DNA of 64,000 nucleotides from a bacterium (GTDB lineage: Bacteria > Electryoneota > Electryoneia > Electryoneales > Electryoneaceae), in NCBI GenBank assembly GCA_963669175.1, contig OY769902.1:5056001-5120000 (forward strand), written 5' to 3'. This document shows, in pieces, positions 49,028-59,728 of the stretch (positions within the stretch are counted from its first letter, which is position 1; the number at the start of each line of letters is the position of its first letter). The position numbers and the translations under genes are program-made. Below the pieces are notes generated by a model, which was not told the origin of the DNA, did not search any database, and saw only the letters and a program-made list of their open reading frames with translations.

Positions 49028-50698
49028 TTGGATGATCGGGTGGGTTTTAAAAAATGCAGGGCCAATTGGGGATCGCTGGTGACAACAGCAAATCCAAAGA
49101 AGACCCCCACAAGCAGTAGTACCACCTCGGATGATACGCCAAGGCGGGTAGTACTGCCTTTGGCATTCCAGGCTGCGCTACTGGTAATTGTTGTAATTAC
49201 CATAAATACAGGTTTACTCATCTTTCGCATTTCAGGTCGTGTTGATCGGGAATTGTTGCATCAGATTGAATTGCGTGGCCAGGATCTGGTCCATCACATT
49301 GCCGATATTAGTACACTTCCCTTGCCGAGCGGTAACCTCCAGGTAGTAGAAGAAACAGCGCGGCAGGTTGCATTGGGCGACAGCTCGTTCATCAGGAGCA
49401 TCCAGATCGTGACCCTGATTGAACTGTACAATGCTCCCAACCGCTCAAGGAATGAGGCAATCCCGGTCGGAACAATCGTTGGACATTCCAATTCGAAAAA
49501 ACTGGGCGAGAAATACTCCCCGCCTGAAGCATTGGCCCCTGAAGATTCTGCAAAGGGAATGGCTGTTATCACGTTGCCAGACGGTAGTAAAATACTCTGG
49601 CTGCGCGAATATATTGATGCCATGTATAACAGCAATAAACCTGAAATTGTAGGATTAGTAGAAATTACCCTTGATTTGGCAGTTATTGAACCGGCCGTTA
49701 GACACACACAGCGTGAAATTATTGCTTATGGTGTCTTATCCGTAATTATTGGCGCAGCAGGATTGATTCTTCTGTTCCATATCATTCTTCGCCCGATCAG
49801 GCGGCTTGCCGCGGCCATGTCCAAAGTGAAACGTGGTGAATTCGACCACCAGATTGTGACACACGATCCTTCCGAAGTCGGACTTCTTACTGAAGCGTTT
49901 AATGATATGGCCGCTGAGCTCGAGATTTTACAACAACACCTGGTTGCCCAGGAATTGATCAAACGCGAACTCGACATTGCTCGCTCCATCCAGAAATCCC
50001 TGCTGCCGGAAACTCTGCCTTTCATCAAGAGTCTTGACCTGGCTGCCAAGTATGAAGCTGCCCAGGAAGTAGGCGGCGACTATTACGATGTACTGAAGGT
50101 TGACGACAACCGATGGGCGATGGTGATAGGAGATGTATCGGGGAAAGGCATCCCTGCTTCACTGGTTATGAGCATGACCAGGAGCATCATTCGTTCCCAG
50201 ATTCGTGGCGGTCATTATACTCCTGCTGAAGTGCTGATCCGTACCAACAATGTTCTATGCGAAGACATGGCGCCGGGGATGTTTGTAACCCTGACCCTGG
50301 CTTACTACGATGTGACAACTGATGAATTTACCATTGCATCAGCGGGACATCTACCTCCTATCATCAACAGAGACGGTAAAATTCATGAACTCCGCTTACC
50401 CGGCCTTCCGCTGGGAGCCGATAACAGTGGAGTATTCGAAGAGGTTATTGAAGAGGGAATATTGACTCTTATGCCTGATGATATCGTCCTTCTCTATACG
50501 GATGGTATTACCGAGGCCATGAACTCCAATGGTGAACTCTTTGGTTTTGACCGCCTTGAACAAGCCCTCCGCTCGTACCCCTATGGCCCGATGAAGAATT
50601 TTACTGTTACCTTGATGAGACGTATTTCTGATTTCCGCGGTAGAGCTGCACCAAGTGATGATCTTACATTCATAGCAGTAAAGCGCATAGCGGAATAA
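49028..50698 (+). CDS. Membrane sensor PP2C phosphatase (HAMP plus SpoIIE domain); start uncertain
   Basis: Two TM helices, HAMP (PI.RL...EVGLL..AFN.M), VGGDYYD, GDVSGKG, SAGH, LYTDGITEA and DDLT. Confidence 0.92.
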   Translation: MDDRVGFKKCRANWGSLVTTANPKKTPTSSSTTSDDTPRRVVLPLAFQAALLVIVVITINTGLLIFRISGRVDRELLHQIELRGQDLVHHIADISTLPLPSGNLQVVEETARQVALGDSSFIRSIQIVTLIELYNAPNRSRNEAIPVGTIVGHSNSKKLGEKYSPPEALAPEDSAKGMAVITLPDGSKILWLREYIDAMYNSNKPEIVGLVEITLDLAVIEPAVRHTQREIIAYGVLSVIIGAAGLILLFHIILRPIRRLAAAMSKVKRGEFDHQIVTHDPSEVGLLTEAFNDMAAELEILQQHLVAQELIKRELDIARSIQKSLLPETLPFIKSLDLAAKYEAAQEVGGDYYDVLKVDDNRWAMVIGDVSGKGIPASLVMSMTRSIIRSQIRGGHYTPAEVLIRTNNVLCEDMAPGMFVTLTLAYYDVTTDEFTIASAGHLPPIINRDGKIHELRLPGLPLGADNSGVFEEVIEEGILTLMPDDIVLLYTDGITEAMNSNGELFGFDRLEQALRSYPYGPMKNFTVTLMRRISDFRGRAAPSDDLTFIAVKRIAE

Positions 50699-50714
50699 CC
50701 AACTTCCTACAACC

Positions 50715-51689
50715 ATGCAGACCGGTTATACACGACATAAGTCCTTTACCTGTCGGAAGTTTCATTGCATGGAACGCCTGCCGCTAGTAGTATGTCTAAT
50801 CGTATCAGTCTTCATTCTTTGTTGGGCGCCAGTTGCTCAAGCCCAAAACAATGCTGTAACACCAATTGAAGAACCGGAACTGTTCAGGGAAGTAAGACTG
50901 GCCATGGATGCCTGGAATTACAACCTGGCTGAAACATTGCTGGCACGTATACATCCACGTTCACAACGGCGAGAGCAGGCCGACAGGCTGTTGACTCGAA
51001 TCAAGGCGCTTAAACGGTATGTGGTACAGTACAGGGTAAACCCCGGGGACACCTGGGAAAGTGTCAGCATGATCTATTTCCGAAGCGCAGATTATGTTGG
51101 ACGACTGGCCCAGTTTAATCAACGCGCGATTGATGACGAATTACATGCTGGTGAGACAATCTATATCCCCAGGATTCATGTTGACGTGCTCCTGGGATTC
51201 TCTGTTTTCGAACTTGAGGGCAACATCCGCATAGAAGATATGGCGGCCGGGCTCAGGATGCTGGAAAATGCCTATTCTCTCGATCCTGACTATCCCGGCT
51301 TGACCATGAAACTTGAACGCGCCAGGCATCAATTCAGCTTTAAACTCAACGATGAGAAAATCGACTCACTTGAAATGACTGCCGAATTATATGTTGCCCG
51401 AAGAGAGTTTTCACAGGCCATTGACTGTTTACGGAAAGCGCAGGCAATTCAGAGTAACCATGCGCGCGAACGTCGCATTCAAACTCTGATAGACCGACGT
51501 CAGGATTATCTGCCGGTGCTGTTTGAATTGGGGAATGCCGCTTTTCGTGAGAATGATCTCGAGAACGCACTTAAATACTGGCAACAGGTCTATGAGGCTG
51601 ATCCAGGATTTCGGGATGTCGGTGATCGCCTGGAAAAAACCAGAAACCTCCTACAGCACATGGATAGTGCAACGCGTGAGAAAAAGTGA
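50715..51689 (+). CDS. Exported LysM plus TPR protein
   Basis: Signal peptide, LysM motif YRVNPGDT...L.AGETIYIP and C-terminal TPR-like helices. Confidence 0.8.
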   Translation: MQTGYTRHKSFTCRKFHCMERLPLVVCLIVSVFILCWAPVAQAQNNAVTPIEEPELFREVRLAMDAWNYNLAETLLARIHPRSQRREQADRLLTRIKALKRYVVQYRVNPGDTWESVSMIYFRSADYVGRLAQFNQRAIDDELHAGETIYIPRIHVDVLLGFSVFELEGNIRIEDMAAGLRMLENAYSLDPDYPGLTMKLERARHQFSFKLNDEKIDSLEMTAELYVARREFSQAIDCLRKAQAIQSNHARERRIQTLIDRRQDYLPVLFELGNAAFRENDLENALKYWQQVYEADPGFRDVGDRLEKTRNLLQHMDSATREKK

Positions 51690-53563
51690 TGACAGGACAA
51701 CCTAAAGAAATCACCCGGCAGGCCTGGATTGGCACGGGAGTAATCCTGCTGATAGTCCTGCTGGCCATTCCACTGGGTAGAACATTCCGCATGTGGGGAG
51801 TGGATGCCATTGCCTCTCTCGCGCCGACACTCCGCTGGAGCTACCTGGGTGGTGTTGCCCTGTTTGTCCTGCTGGCAAGGTATGCTGCCGGCATTCTCAA
51901 CCAGAAGTCTTTCCCCTACTACATTCCCTGGCATTTCATCCTGGCGGTGGCATTCGCTTTGATGACCTATATCCTCCCGGCAAGCACATTCCTTCGTGGC
52001 GATGGGCAATTGATCATTAATAATCTTTCCATCTTTCATCCGGCATCGCACCGTAGCCCTTTAACTGCATTTATTTCAGGACTGGTTTATAACGGCGGCT
52101 CCCCAATGGGGATGGAACCGCACACGGTTTACCGCCTGCTGAATTCACTGGCCGCATTCCTGATGATGATGGCAGCCCAGCGCTTTGCTACACAGTTTGA
52201 ATCCTTTTCAGGACAGGTGCTGGCTGTATTAGCCCTGCTATTCACCGGAGTTGTGCCTACCCTGTTCGGAGTTGTTGAGCATTATCCACTTGCCTATGCG
52301 ACCAATCTATGGGTATTGGTGCTTGCTCTTGAAGCGGTTCAGGAACGAAAATTCCCTATTGTAGCTATTCTTCTGCTGGTTGTCGCAATCGGGCTGCATG
52401 TATCCGCAATTGTATTCATCCCTGCCCTGATCCTGACATGGCCTCAGATCAGATCGAGGACTGCCTGGATTTTATGCGTAACCATATCTGTGATCGGACT
52501 GGTTGCGGCTCTATTTGGCGCTCCGAGGCAACTGATACCGCCTTTCGGCCCTGCTTCAGCTTCTGATGCCTATTCACTATGGTCGATCAAACATATCCTT
52601 GACCTGATGAACCTGGTATTCTGGTCAAGCCCGGTATTGCTGGCCATCCTGATACCGTTAAACATTCGCGCGCCTAAAGCGTCTGTTTCCCGAGCAGACC
52701 AATACTTATTACTGGCTTCTCTGGGCGCCATCGGTTTTACTGTGCTTTTTGACCCGGACCTTGGCATGCCACGAGATGTTGATCTCCTGGCGCTTTATTC
52801 GCTTCCGGTAACCCTGTATTCCCTGTACCGGTTAAGACGAGTCGAAGATTGGCTTTCCCTGAACCTGATTTCCCCGGTACTGGTTGTGGGACTGCTGACA
52901 ATTGGCGCTACTGTTGCCATGCAGAGATCCGAGAAGGCGACAGTTTCACGCTTTATTCATCTGCTGAACCTGGATGAAAGAAGAAGCTCCTATGGCTGGG
53001 AAGTTCTGGCAATGCATCACCGTGCAAACCGAAATACAGAACAGGAGACATTCGCGTATGAAAAAGCAATACGATTCAAGGAACACCCCAGGTATTTAAC
53101 CCGGCTTTCCCAATTGGCCATGAATGAAAAGGATTATGATAAGGCTGAAAAATATATTGATCGTGCTATAAAGGCTGACAGCACATTCGCTCTGGCTTAC
53201 GGGGTGCGTGGCCAGATCTTCAATATTCAGAACAATTTGACACAAGCCGAAATCAATTTCAGACGTGCATTGGAGTTTGATCCTTCGATAGGAACTCATT
53301 ATGCCAATCTTGCAGCCTTTCTAAGTGAACAGGGCAGGCTGGAAGAAGCATTGGCTATTGTCGTAGAAGGAACATCAAAATCTCCTCCCGATGCCCACCT
53401 CTATTATATTTATGGAAATATTCTTGAATTGAGCGGGAAACAGACTGAAGCATTCACCTATTACGGTCTTGCGTTACGTATACATCAGCATGGACCATGG
53501 GGGGCTATGGCTGCGCAAGCGCAGGAAAGATTGTTATCATCCCCCCCGCCGGAATTGGAGTAG
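51686..53563 (+). CDS. Polytopic membrane protein with C-terminal TPR repeats (GT-C/TMTC-like architecture)
   Basis: About a dozen hydrophobic segments followed by TPRs (A...RG...A...F.RAL..DP). Confidence 0.7.
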   Translation: MMTGQPKEITRQAWIGTGVILLIVLLAIPLGRTFRMWGVDAIASLAPTLRWSYLGGVALFVLLARYAAGILNQKSFPYYIPWHFILAVAFALMTYILPASTFLRGDGQLIINNLSIFHPASHRSPLTAFISGLVYNGGSPMGMEPHTVYRLLNSLAAFLMMMAAQRFATQFESFSGQVLAVLALLFTGVVPTLFGVVEHYPLAYATNLWVLVLALEAVQERKFPIVAILLLVVAIGLHVSAIVFIPALILTWPQIRSRTAWILCVTISVIGLVAALFGAPRQLIPPFGPASASDAYSLWSIKHILDLMNLVFWSSPVLLAILIPLNIRAPKASVSRADQYLLLASLGAIGFTVLFDPDLGMPRDVDLLALYSLPVTLYSLYRLRRVEDWLSLNLISPVLVVGLLTIGATVAMQRSEKATVSRFIHLLNLDERRSSYGWEVLAMHHRANRNTEQETFAYEKAIRFKEHPRYLTRLSQLAMNEKDYDKAEKYIDRAIKADSTFALAYGVRGQIFNIQNNLTQAEINFRRALEFDPSIGTHYANLAAFLSEQGRLEEALAIVVEGTSKSPPDAHLYYIYGNILELSGKQTEAFTYYGLALRIHQHGPWGAMAAQAQERLLSSPPPELE

Positions 53564-53689
53564 ATCGCTTGCCTCCTCTTCCAACAGCGACTACTTTCAT
53601 TTGCTTCTGCCTGAAGGGGTAATCAGTACTTGGAACTGAGCCGTATATACCGAGTAAAACCCCACAACGCTTGATATTTGGAGGGAACG

Positions 53690-55465
53690 GTGTCACGACA
53701 GTGGATGGTTTGGATTGGAGTTTTTGTTATTGCGACAACCCTCGGAGTACTGGGATGTCAGCAAAGTCCGTCATGGGTGGCCAAAGTTGAAGCCGTTGGT
53801 GATATAGACGAATGGGTACTTTCGCCAGATGAGTTCAAAGATATTGCAGCTCGACGCTGGATCAACCTGGAAAACGCGGCAAAACAGCCTGAGCAGGATC
53901 TCGAAGACTATGCTGCCGAGCTGGCTCTTCATCAAATGAAGGTGATTGACGGGTACAACAAAGGGTACGGCCAGCATCCGGAGGCTATTCAGGATTACCA
54001 GGTCATGCTGGACAGGGAAGCTGTCAAGGCCATGCTGAATGGTGAGATCCTTGAAAAACTCGTTACGGAAGACGAAATCAAGGCATTTTACAATCATGAT
54101 CGTGAAGAAGTGGAAGTGTCTCACATCATGCTGAAGGTCGATGAGGACGACACAGACAAAGATTTGCAGAAAAAGCTGGTCATGATCCGGCGCGAAGCCA
54201 TGAACGGTAAAGATTTTTCCGAACTGGCCCAGGAATACAATGAAGATGAAAGCACCTTCAACCAGTATGGGAAAGATCCAAACGGGTATATCGGATGGAC
54301 ACAGTGGGGACGGATGGTAGACCCATTCCAGGAAGCCATGTTCAACCTGAAACCCGGTGAAATCTCAGAACCGGTAAAGACAATCTATGGCTGGCACCTG
54401 ATCAAGGTACACGGAAAACGTCAACGTGAAATCGAGCCCCTGGAAAAAGCACGTACTCGCATCATTCAAGCCATTGCCTACAGGAAGCAGGATACGTTAC
54501 AGGCTACTGCCATGGCTTTTATTGATCAGGCCATGAGCGAACGTCAGTTTAAACTGCATGAAGACAACATTACACGGATCTATGCTGCGCTGGAAGACAA
54601 GAAAAGAAAGCCGGACCCCCTTTCCCTGTTGACCGCGGAACAGCAACAGACACCGCTTGCCTCGATTGATGACGGCAAGGTATTTGTAACGATTCGTGAC
54701 GTCATCACCCAGGCTCAGGATGTTGGTCCGGTCAGCCGCGCGATCAGGGATGAAGAAACTCTGAAGGAAATCGCAGAGAAGATCATTCAGAATGATCATG
54801 TTCTCCCAGATAAGGCAAAAGCCCTTGGGTATTATGAGGATCCTGATGCAGTAAAAGCTGCCCGTGATGCTCGCAATCGCAAGGTCGGTCAACTGGTCCA
54901 GCGCGCCATGATTTATGACCGTTCAAAGCCAAGCGAAGATCAAGCCCGCGAATTCTTTGAACAGCATAAAGATGATTACAAGACTGATCCCAGATTTACG
55001 TTGATAGAAATCCTGCTGTCCGATGAAAACATGGCCAATGAACTGGCCGCACGTATTCGCAATGGCGAAAACATGCGTCAGTTGGCGGCTACCTATTCGG
55101 AACGCAAAACCACAGGCAACAACGAAGCCGGTATCCTTGGCCCGATCAGGCCAACCCAGTACGGAACCATCGGGAAAAAGGCCGCCGAAGCTGAAATGGG
55201 CGAGCTGGTTGGTCCTTTTGAGATCCAGGGACAGAAGAAATGGTCCCTGTTCAAGATTATCGCCAAAGAAGAACCGCAACCGCAGGAATTCGAAGCCGTT
55301 CGCCAGAAGGTCATCGGTGATATGAGCATGCAGTTACGGAAGGATTTCCAGAGTGCGTGGGAAGACAGCCTGCGTGGCGCCATTGATTACAAGGTAGCCC
55401 GTGGACTGACACACATCTTTGATGATGTCAAACCGGCTCCTGAACCTGAACGCGTTGACAAATGA
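53690..55465 (+). CDS. Parvulin-type PPIase lipoprotein (two rotamase domains)
   Basis: Lipobox VLGC; VSHIM, F.ELA.EY and GEISEPVKTIYGWHLIK. Confidence 0.88.
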   Translation: MSRQWMVWIGVFVIATTLGVLGCQQSPSWVAKVEAVGDIDEWVLSPDEFKDIAARRWINLENAAKQPEQDLEDYAAELALHQMKVIDGYNKGYGQHPEAIQDYQVMLDREAVKAMLNGEILEKLVTEDEIKAFYNHDREEVEVSHIMLKVDEDDTDKDLQKKLVMIRREAMNGKDFSELAQEYNEDESTFNQYGKDPNGYIGWTQWGRMVDPFQEAMFNLKPGEISEPVKTIYGWHLIKVHGKRQREIEPLEKARTRIIQAIAYRKQDTLQATAMAFIDQAMSERQFKLHEDNITRIYAALEDKKRKPDPLSLLTAEQQQTPLASIDDGKVFVTIRDVITQAQDVGPVSRAIRDEETLKEIAEKIIQNDHVLPDKAKALGYYEDPDAVKAARDARNRKVGQLVQRAMIYDRSKPSEDQAREFFEQHKDDYKTDPRFTLIEILLSDENMANELAARIRNGENMRQLAATYSERKTTGNNEAGILGPIRPTQYGTIGKKAAEAEMGELVGPFEIQGQKKWSLFKIIAKEEPQPQEFEAVRQKVIGDMSMQLRKDFQSAWEDSLRGAIDYKVARGLTHIFDDVKPAPEPERVDK

Positions 55466-56373
55466 GAACTTTCCCCGTCATCTGCCTGGTCTGCTTGCTG
55501 CTTGCCGGATTCATCCTGGTGATCGGATGCGGTGAGTTTCGGCAGGATGATCCTGTCATTGCACGGGTAAGCAAACGCGATTTGACAGATGGCGAAGTCA
55601 CCCAGGCGCTTGTACAGATGCACCTGGACCCAGGTGATGAGTTGCTTCGGACACAGTACATCAACTCCTGGGTTGACCGTCAACTCCTGCTCCATGAAGC
55701 GCAGGAACAGGGAATTGATCAAAGTCGTGAGTTCCGGAAAGCGCTACAGGATTTACGTGAAGAATTGATCATCAACCAGTTGCTGGCTACAGTGAACGAC
55801 AGCACCACGGTCAGCGAAGCGGCAGTCATCAATTACTGGCGTGATCACACGGATGAATTCAAGCGCCCCACGATGGAAGTGCGGACAATCGTCTGTTCTT
55901 CAGATGACAGAAATACGGCGTGGGGAATTCGGAACGCGCTGGATCGTTCCCAGGAAGGCGACGCGATACTGGAGAATTATCCGGGAACACAACTGGATAC
56001 AACGACCTGGATCAGCCCTGACAGGTTGCCACATAAACTGGCACAAAGCCTGACTTCGTTGCGAACCGGGCAAAGCAGCCTTCCGGTCGAAATTGACGGT
56101 AACTGGTATGTCATCAAACTGCTGGATCGTTCCGCAGCAGGTGAAACCAGGCCGATAGACGAAGTGCATGATTATATCAAATCGATCTTGAAAGCAGAAA
56201 CAGCGGAGCTTGCGCAAATCGACTATATCAACGCCTTGCGCAGAGAAGCCCGAAGCGAAGGTTTGGTGCAGATAAACATGCCACCCCAGAACTGGGGCGC
56301 GCAGAGTGAATCCGCTACGGTTCAGGATTCAGTAGCAGCATCGATAGACACCACTACCAGTCCGGAGGAGTAA
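55462..56373 (+). CDS. PpiC/PrsA-like foldase lipoprotein
   Basis: Lipobox VIGC, SurA-N-like helices and degenerate rotamase G..S.PV....WYVIK. Confidence 0.82.
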   Translation: MRTFPVICLVCLLLAGFILVIGCGEFRQDDPVIARVSKRDLTDGEVTQALVQMHLDPGDELLRTQYINSWVDRQLLLHEAQEQGIDQSREFRKALQDLREELIINQLLATVNDSTTVSEAAVINYWRDHTDEFKRPTMEVRTIVCSSDDRNTAWGIRNALDRSQEGDAILENYPGTQLDTTTWISPDRLPHKLAQSLTSLRTGQSSLPVEIDGNWYVIKLLDRSAAGETRPIDEVHDYIKSILKAETAELAQIDYINALRREARSEGLVQINMPPQNWGAQSESATVQDSVAASIDTTTSPEE

Positions 56374-56376
56374 TTC

Positions 56377-57678
56377 GTGGTACGCATTAAGTCAGTATTT
56401 CTCGTCCTGTTGCTTGTTCTCTTGGCGGCAACCGTGTTTGCACAGGATGATTACCAGGTAGTGGACCGTGTCCTTGCTGTGGTAGATGACGAGATTATCC
56501 TCGAATCCGAGGTGATGCAGTTCGTGCAGGATATTGCCATTCGTGACCCTGACCGTTACAAAGACATGGCCTCGATTGTGGAATTGCGTGACCAGGTGCT
56601 GGAAGAACTGATTACGCAGAAGATTCTCCTCTCGGCGGCATTGGCGGACACCAATGTCAAGGTGGAGGATCGTGAAGTTGACATGACCCTGGATGACCGT
56701 CTCAACTCGGTTATCAGCCAGGTCGGCGGCGAAGAAAAGCTGGAAGAGTATTACGGCAAGCCTATCCGTCAAATCCGTCGTGATTACCGCAAACAGGTTC
56801 GTGAAAGCCTGTATGTGGATCGTTTGCGCAACCACAAAATGATGGGGATTTCCGTAAACCGACAGGAAATTGAGGCGTTTTATGCCAAGCATGAAGCTGA
56901 AATGCCGACACTGCCCGAGCAGTCGCGTCTTTCCCATATCCTGATCAAAATCGAACCTGCCTCTTCCGCAAAAGAAGCGGCCAAGTCCCTCGCCGACAGC
57001 CTGTTCACTCAACTGGTCATCGGTGAAGAGTTTGCCAAGCTGGCTATGGAGTTCTCTGATGACGTTGCCACCGGCGCTAAAGGCGGACTGCTGGGCACAA
57101 CTGAACGTGGCGATCTGGTCCCGGCCTACGAAGAAGTAGCTTACAGCCTTGAAGAAGGCGAAATATCGGAACCTGTTCTTTCACCCTTCGGCTACCATAT
57201 CATCATGCTGAACTGGCGGCGTGGTGAGAAGATCAATACCAGCCACATCCTCATCAAGCTGGCAGCCAGCAAGCAGGATGAACAACGGGCTTTGGAAGAG
57301 ATCGGACGTATCCGTCAGACTATCCTGGACACGGACAGCACCTTTGTTCAGATGGCAAAGCTGTATTCGCAAGACACCGAAACCGCGGCGATGGGCGGTG
57401 ACCTTGGCTGGTATGACCAGAACGCCCTGCCCGATGATTTCCGCTACATCGTTCAGGATTTGCAGGCCGGAGAGATCAGCAATCCGTTCAAATCCCGTTT
57501 CGGCTACCAGATCGTAAAGGTTGTTGAACGTAGTGAAGAACGTCCCATGAGCCTGCAGAAGGACTGGAACCGTATCAGCCGCATGGCGTTGATGGAAAAA
57601 CAGGATATCGTTTTCAGGGAATGGGTGGATACCCTGCGAGAACGTGTGTACGTCGAGGTGATGCCCGTAGAACAGTAG
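56377..57678 (+). CDS. surA: Periplasmic chaperone SurA
   Basis: VDRVLAVVDDEIILESE and two parvulin domains (SHILI, GG.LG, FGYHII). Confidence 0.88.
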   Translation: MVRIKSVFLVLLLVLLAATVFAQDDYQVVDRVLAVVDDEIILESEVMQFVQDIAIRDPDRYKDMASIVELRDQVLEELITQKILLSAALADTNVKVEDREVDMTLDDRLNSVISQVGGEEKLEEYYGKPIRQIRRDYRKQVRESLYVDRLRNHKMMGISVNRQEIEAFYAKHEAEMPTLPEQSRLSHILIKIEPASSAKEAAKSLADSLFTQLVIGEEFAKLAMEFSDDVATGAKGGLLGTTERGDLVPAYEEVAYSLEEGEISEPVLSPFGYHIIMLNWRRGEKINTSHILIKLAASKQDEQRALEEIGRIRQTILDTDSTFVQMAKLYSQDTETAAMGGDLGWYDQNALPDDFRYIVQDLQAGEISNPFKSRFGYQIVKVVERSEERPMSLQKDWNRISRMALMEKQDIVFREWVDTLRERVYVEVMPVEQ

Positions 57679-57710
57679 AGTTTGTCCATACAATCGGATC
57701 AATACTTTCA

Positions 57711-57751
57711 AGCGCCGGATTGCTGATTATATGCTTTCCGGCGCTGTTTTT
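57711..57751 (+). terminator. Intrinsic terminator after surA
   Basis: agcgccgga/tccggcgct stem followed by gttttt. Confidence 0.75.
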
Positions 57752-58194
57752 GTTGATCATTGAATATGGCTTTAGAATACTGCCATTTATTTCTTCCTGT
57801 ATCTTGATTCTGGTCGGGTGGCCCGATTCGCAAGTGATGCAACTTCTCTTATCGTTACAGCATAAATACACTCGTTCCATTTTGCATTCAGATCAAGTCC
57901 AAAGAGCGCATCGGGACAAAGTCGGGAATTCAAGGTGTTGATAGTACGATCCATCTCGGTCCCGATGCGCTCATGGATTTGTCCTGTTTCCCTGTATCCT
58001 AAGAGTATTTCAGGGACAGTTATGATGTAAACAGTGTCACTTGCGTATCGGGCCACCCGTCTGAGGTAAATAAACAGGCATATGTTTACAGAAAATGGGG
58101 GCTGTTATACTTTTTCGCCAGCGAGTATGATAAGAATTGTTGATAATGTTTGACATATATACTTTAATGATCGTCTATCAGAATAATTTATTGC

Positions 58195-58340
58195 GAAAAA
58201 GGTAACTGTACCAACATTTTCACATAAAAGCTCTTCTAGTTGGAGAAAACGAAAAATTTGGTACAGTTACCTTTTCATCAATACTGAATTGGGACTGTCC
58301 TGCATTTGAAAACATGAAAAGGTAACAGTCCCATTTTTCG
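58195..58340. repeat. GGTAACTGTAC/GGGACTGT-type inverted repeat cluster
   Basis: aaaaggtaactgtaccaa / ttggtacagttacctttt and gggactgt / acagtccc. Confidence 0.7.
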
Positions 58341-58349
58341 CCTTCTTCT

Positions 58350-58811
58350 CTACCCCTGCAAGGCTTCCAGCTTCTTCTCCACCGCTTCCACGTGACCTTT
58401 CACCTTCACATTTTTCCATGACGCCGCGATGTTGCCGTCAGGGTCAACCAGAAATGTGCTGCGAATAACGCCCATGTATTCACGGCCGTAGTTCTTTTTC
58501 ATGCCCCAGGCGCCGTACGCTTCTATAACAGTATGCTCGGGATCGCTGAGCAGTGTAACCTTCAGATCATGCTTTTCGATGAAATTACGGTGGCTCTTGG
58601 TTGAGTCCGGGCTGACACCAAGCACAACCGCCTTTTTCGCGTCAAACGATGGCAATGCAGCGGTGAAATCGCAGGCTTCCGTAGTGCAGCCGGACGTATT
58701 ATCCTTCGGGTAAAAATAAAGTATAACCCACTGGCCTTTATAATCAGACAGGGAAATGTCTTTGTCGTCCTGGTTCTTCAACGTAAAATCGGTGGCTTTC
58801 TCGGCAGCCAT
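58350..58811 (-). CDS. bcp: Thioredoxin-dependent thiol peroxidase (BCP/PrxQ)
   Basis: YFYPKDNTSGCTTEAC, GVSPD and RSTF. Confidence 0.95.
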   Translation of the reverse strand: MAAEKATDFTLKNQDDKDISLSDYKGQWVILYFYPKDNTSGCTTEACDFTAALPSFDAKKAVVLGVSPDSTKSHRNFIEKHDLKVTLLSDPEHTVIEAYGAWGMKKNYGREYMGVIRSTFLVDPDGNIAASWKNVKVKGHVEAVEKKLEALQG

Positions 58812-59725
58812 TATTTCCTCCTTGGTTTTAACGAATCTGTAATTGTTTGATGCGTAAACCTGAAGCCTGATTCAAGCAGTTTGGCCGGGATGGCTCGCGC
58901 CCCGCCCAAGAGCATTTCTTCAGCCATTTCGCCCATCGTCAGCTTTAACACGGGCGCAGGAACGGCAAAAGGCGCTGAGCGTCCCAATGAATTGGCAAAC
59001 GCTTGCGTAAATCCGGCATTCGTGACCGGTTCCGGCGCTGTGGCATTGACCGGGCCGGACAGGCTTTCCTTTTCAATCGCATACAGGATAATCCGCACCA
59101 GGTCGGCCAGGCTGATCCAGCTCATGTACTGCTTTCCACTGCCTAACTTGCCCCCTGATCCCATCGTAAAAAGCGGTCGCAGACGCTCCAGCATGCCACC
59201 CTGATGGCTCAGCACAACGCCAATCCGTAGCGACACCACACGAATTCCGGCTGCCAAAGCAGGCTGAGTCGCTTCCTCCCACTCACGGCACACCCGGGCA
59301 AGAAAACCCTCTCCCGGTGGATCGGCTTCGGTTAACGGCACTTCGCCACGGTTTCCGTAATAACCCACCGCCGACGCAGAGATAAAAATCCCCGGTCCGG
59401 TTTCAAGATCGGCCAGGGATTCTGAAAGTTTGCGAGTGCCTTCGATACGACTGGTGCGGATACGTTCTTTCCGCTGCTTTGTCCAACGGCCCGAAGCGAT
59501 ATTCTCTCCGGCGAGATGGACTAACGCATCAACTCCGGACATGCTTTCCGGTTTATGCAGTCCTGATTCCGGGTACCATTCTATCTCATCAAATGAACGT
59601 GGCGCTCTCCGGACCAGGGGACGAACCTGCCATCCCTTCCGTTCACAGGCTTTGCGCAAGGTTGTGCCGACCAGACCTGAACTTCCGGACAGTGCGATTA
59701 TCTTGCCAGGTCTGCTCATGGACAC
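58811..59725 (-). CDS. TIGR01777-family NAD-dependent epimerase-like protein
   Basis: SGSSGLVG, HLAGENI...RWT, SASAVGYYG, C.EWE and GSGKQYMSWI. Confidence 0.93.
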   Translation of the reverse strand: MSMSRPGKIIALSGSSGLVGTTLRKACERKGWQVRPLVRRAPRSFDEIEWYPESGLHKPESMSGVDALVHLAGENIASGRWTKQRKERIRTSRIEGTRKLSESLADLETGPGIFISASAVGYYGNRGEVPLTEADPPGEGFLARVCREWEEATQPALAAGIRVVSLRIGVVLSHQGGMLERLRPLFTMGSGGKLGSGKQYMSWISLADLVRIILYAIEKESLSGPVNATAPEPVTNAGFTQAFANSLGRSAPFAVPAPVLKLTMGEMAEEMLLGGARAIPAKLLESGFRFTHQTITDSLKPRRK

Positions 59726-59728
59726 CTC

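Noticed and set aside
57787-58056. 89-aa minus-strand ORF and overlapping small ORFs between surA and bcp
   Set aside because: No clear RBS or recognisable motif; the region is AT-rich and repeat-containing, so coding cannot be supported.
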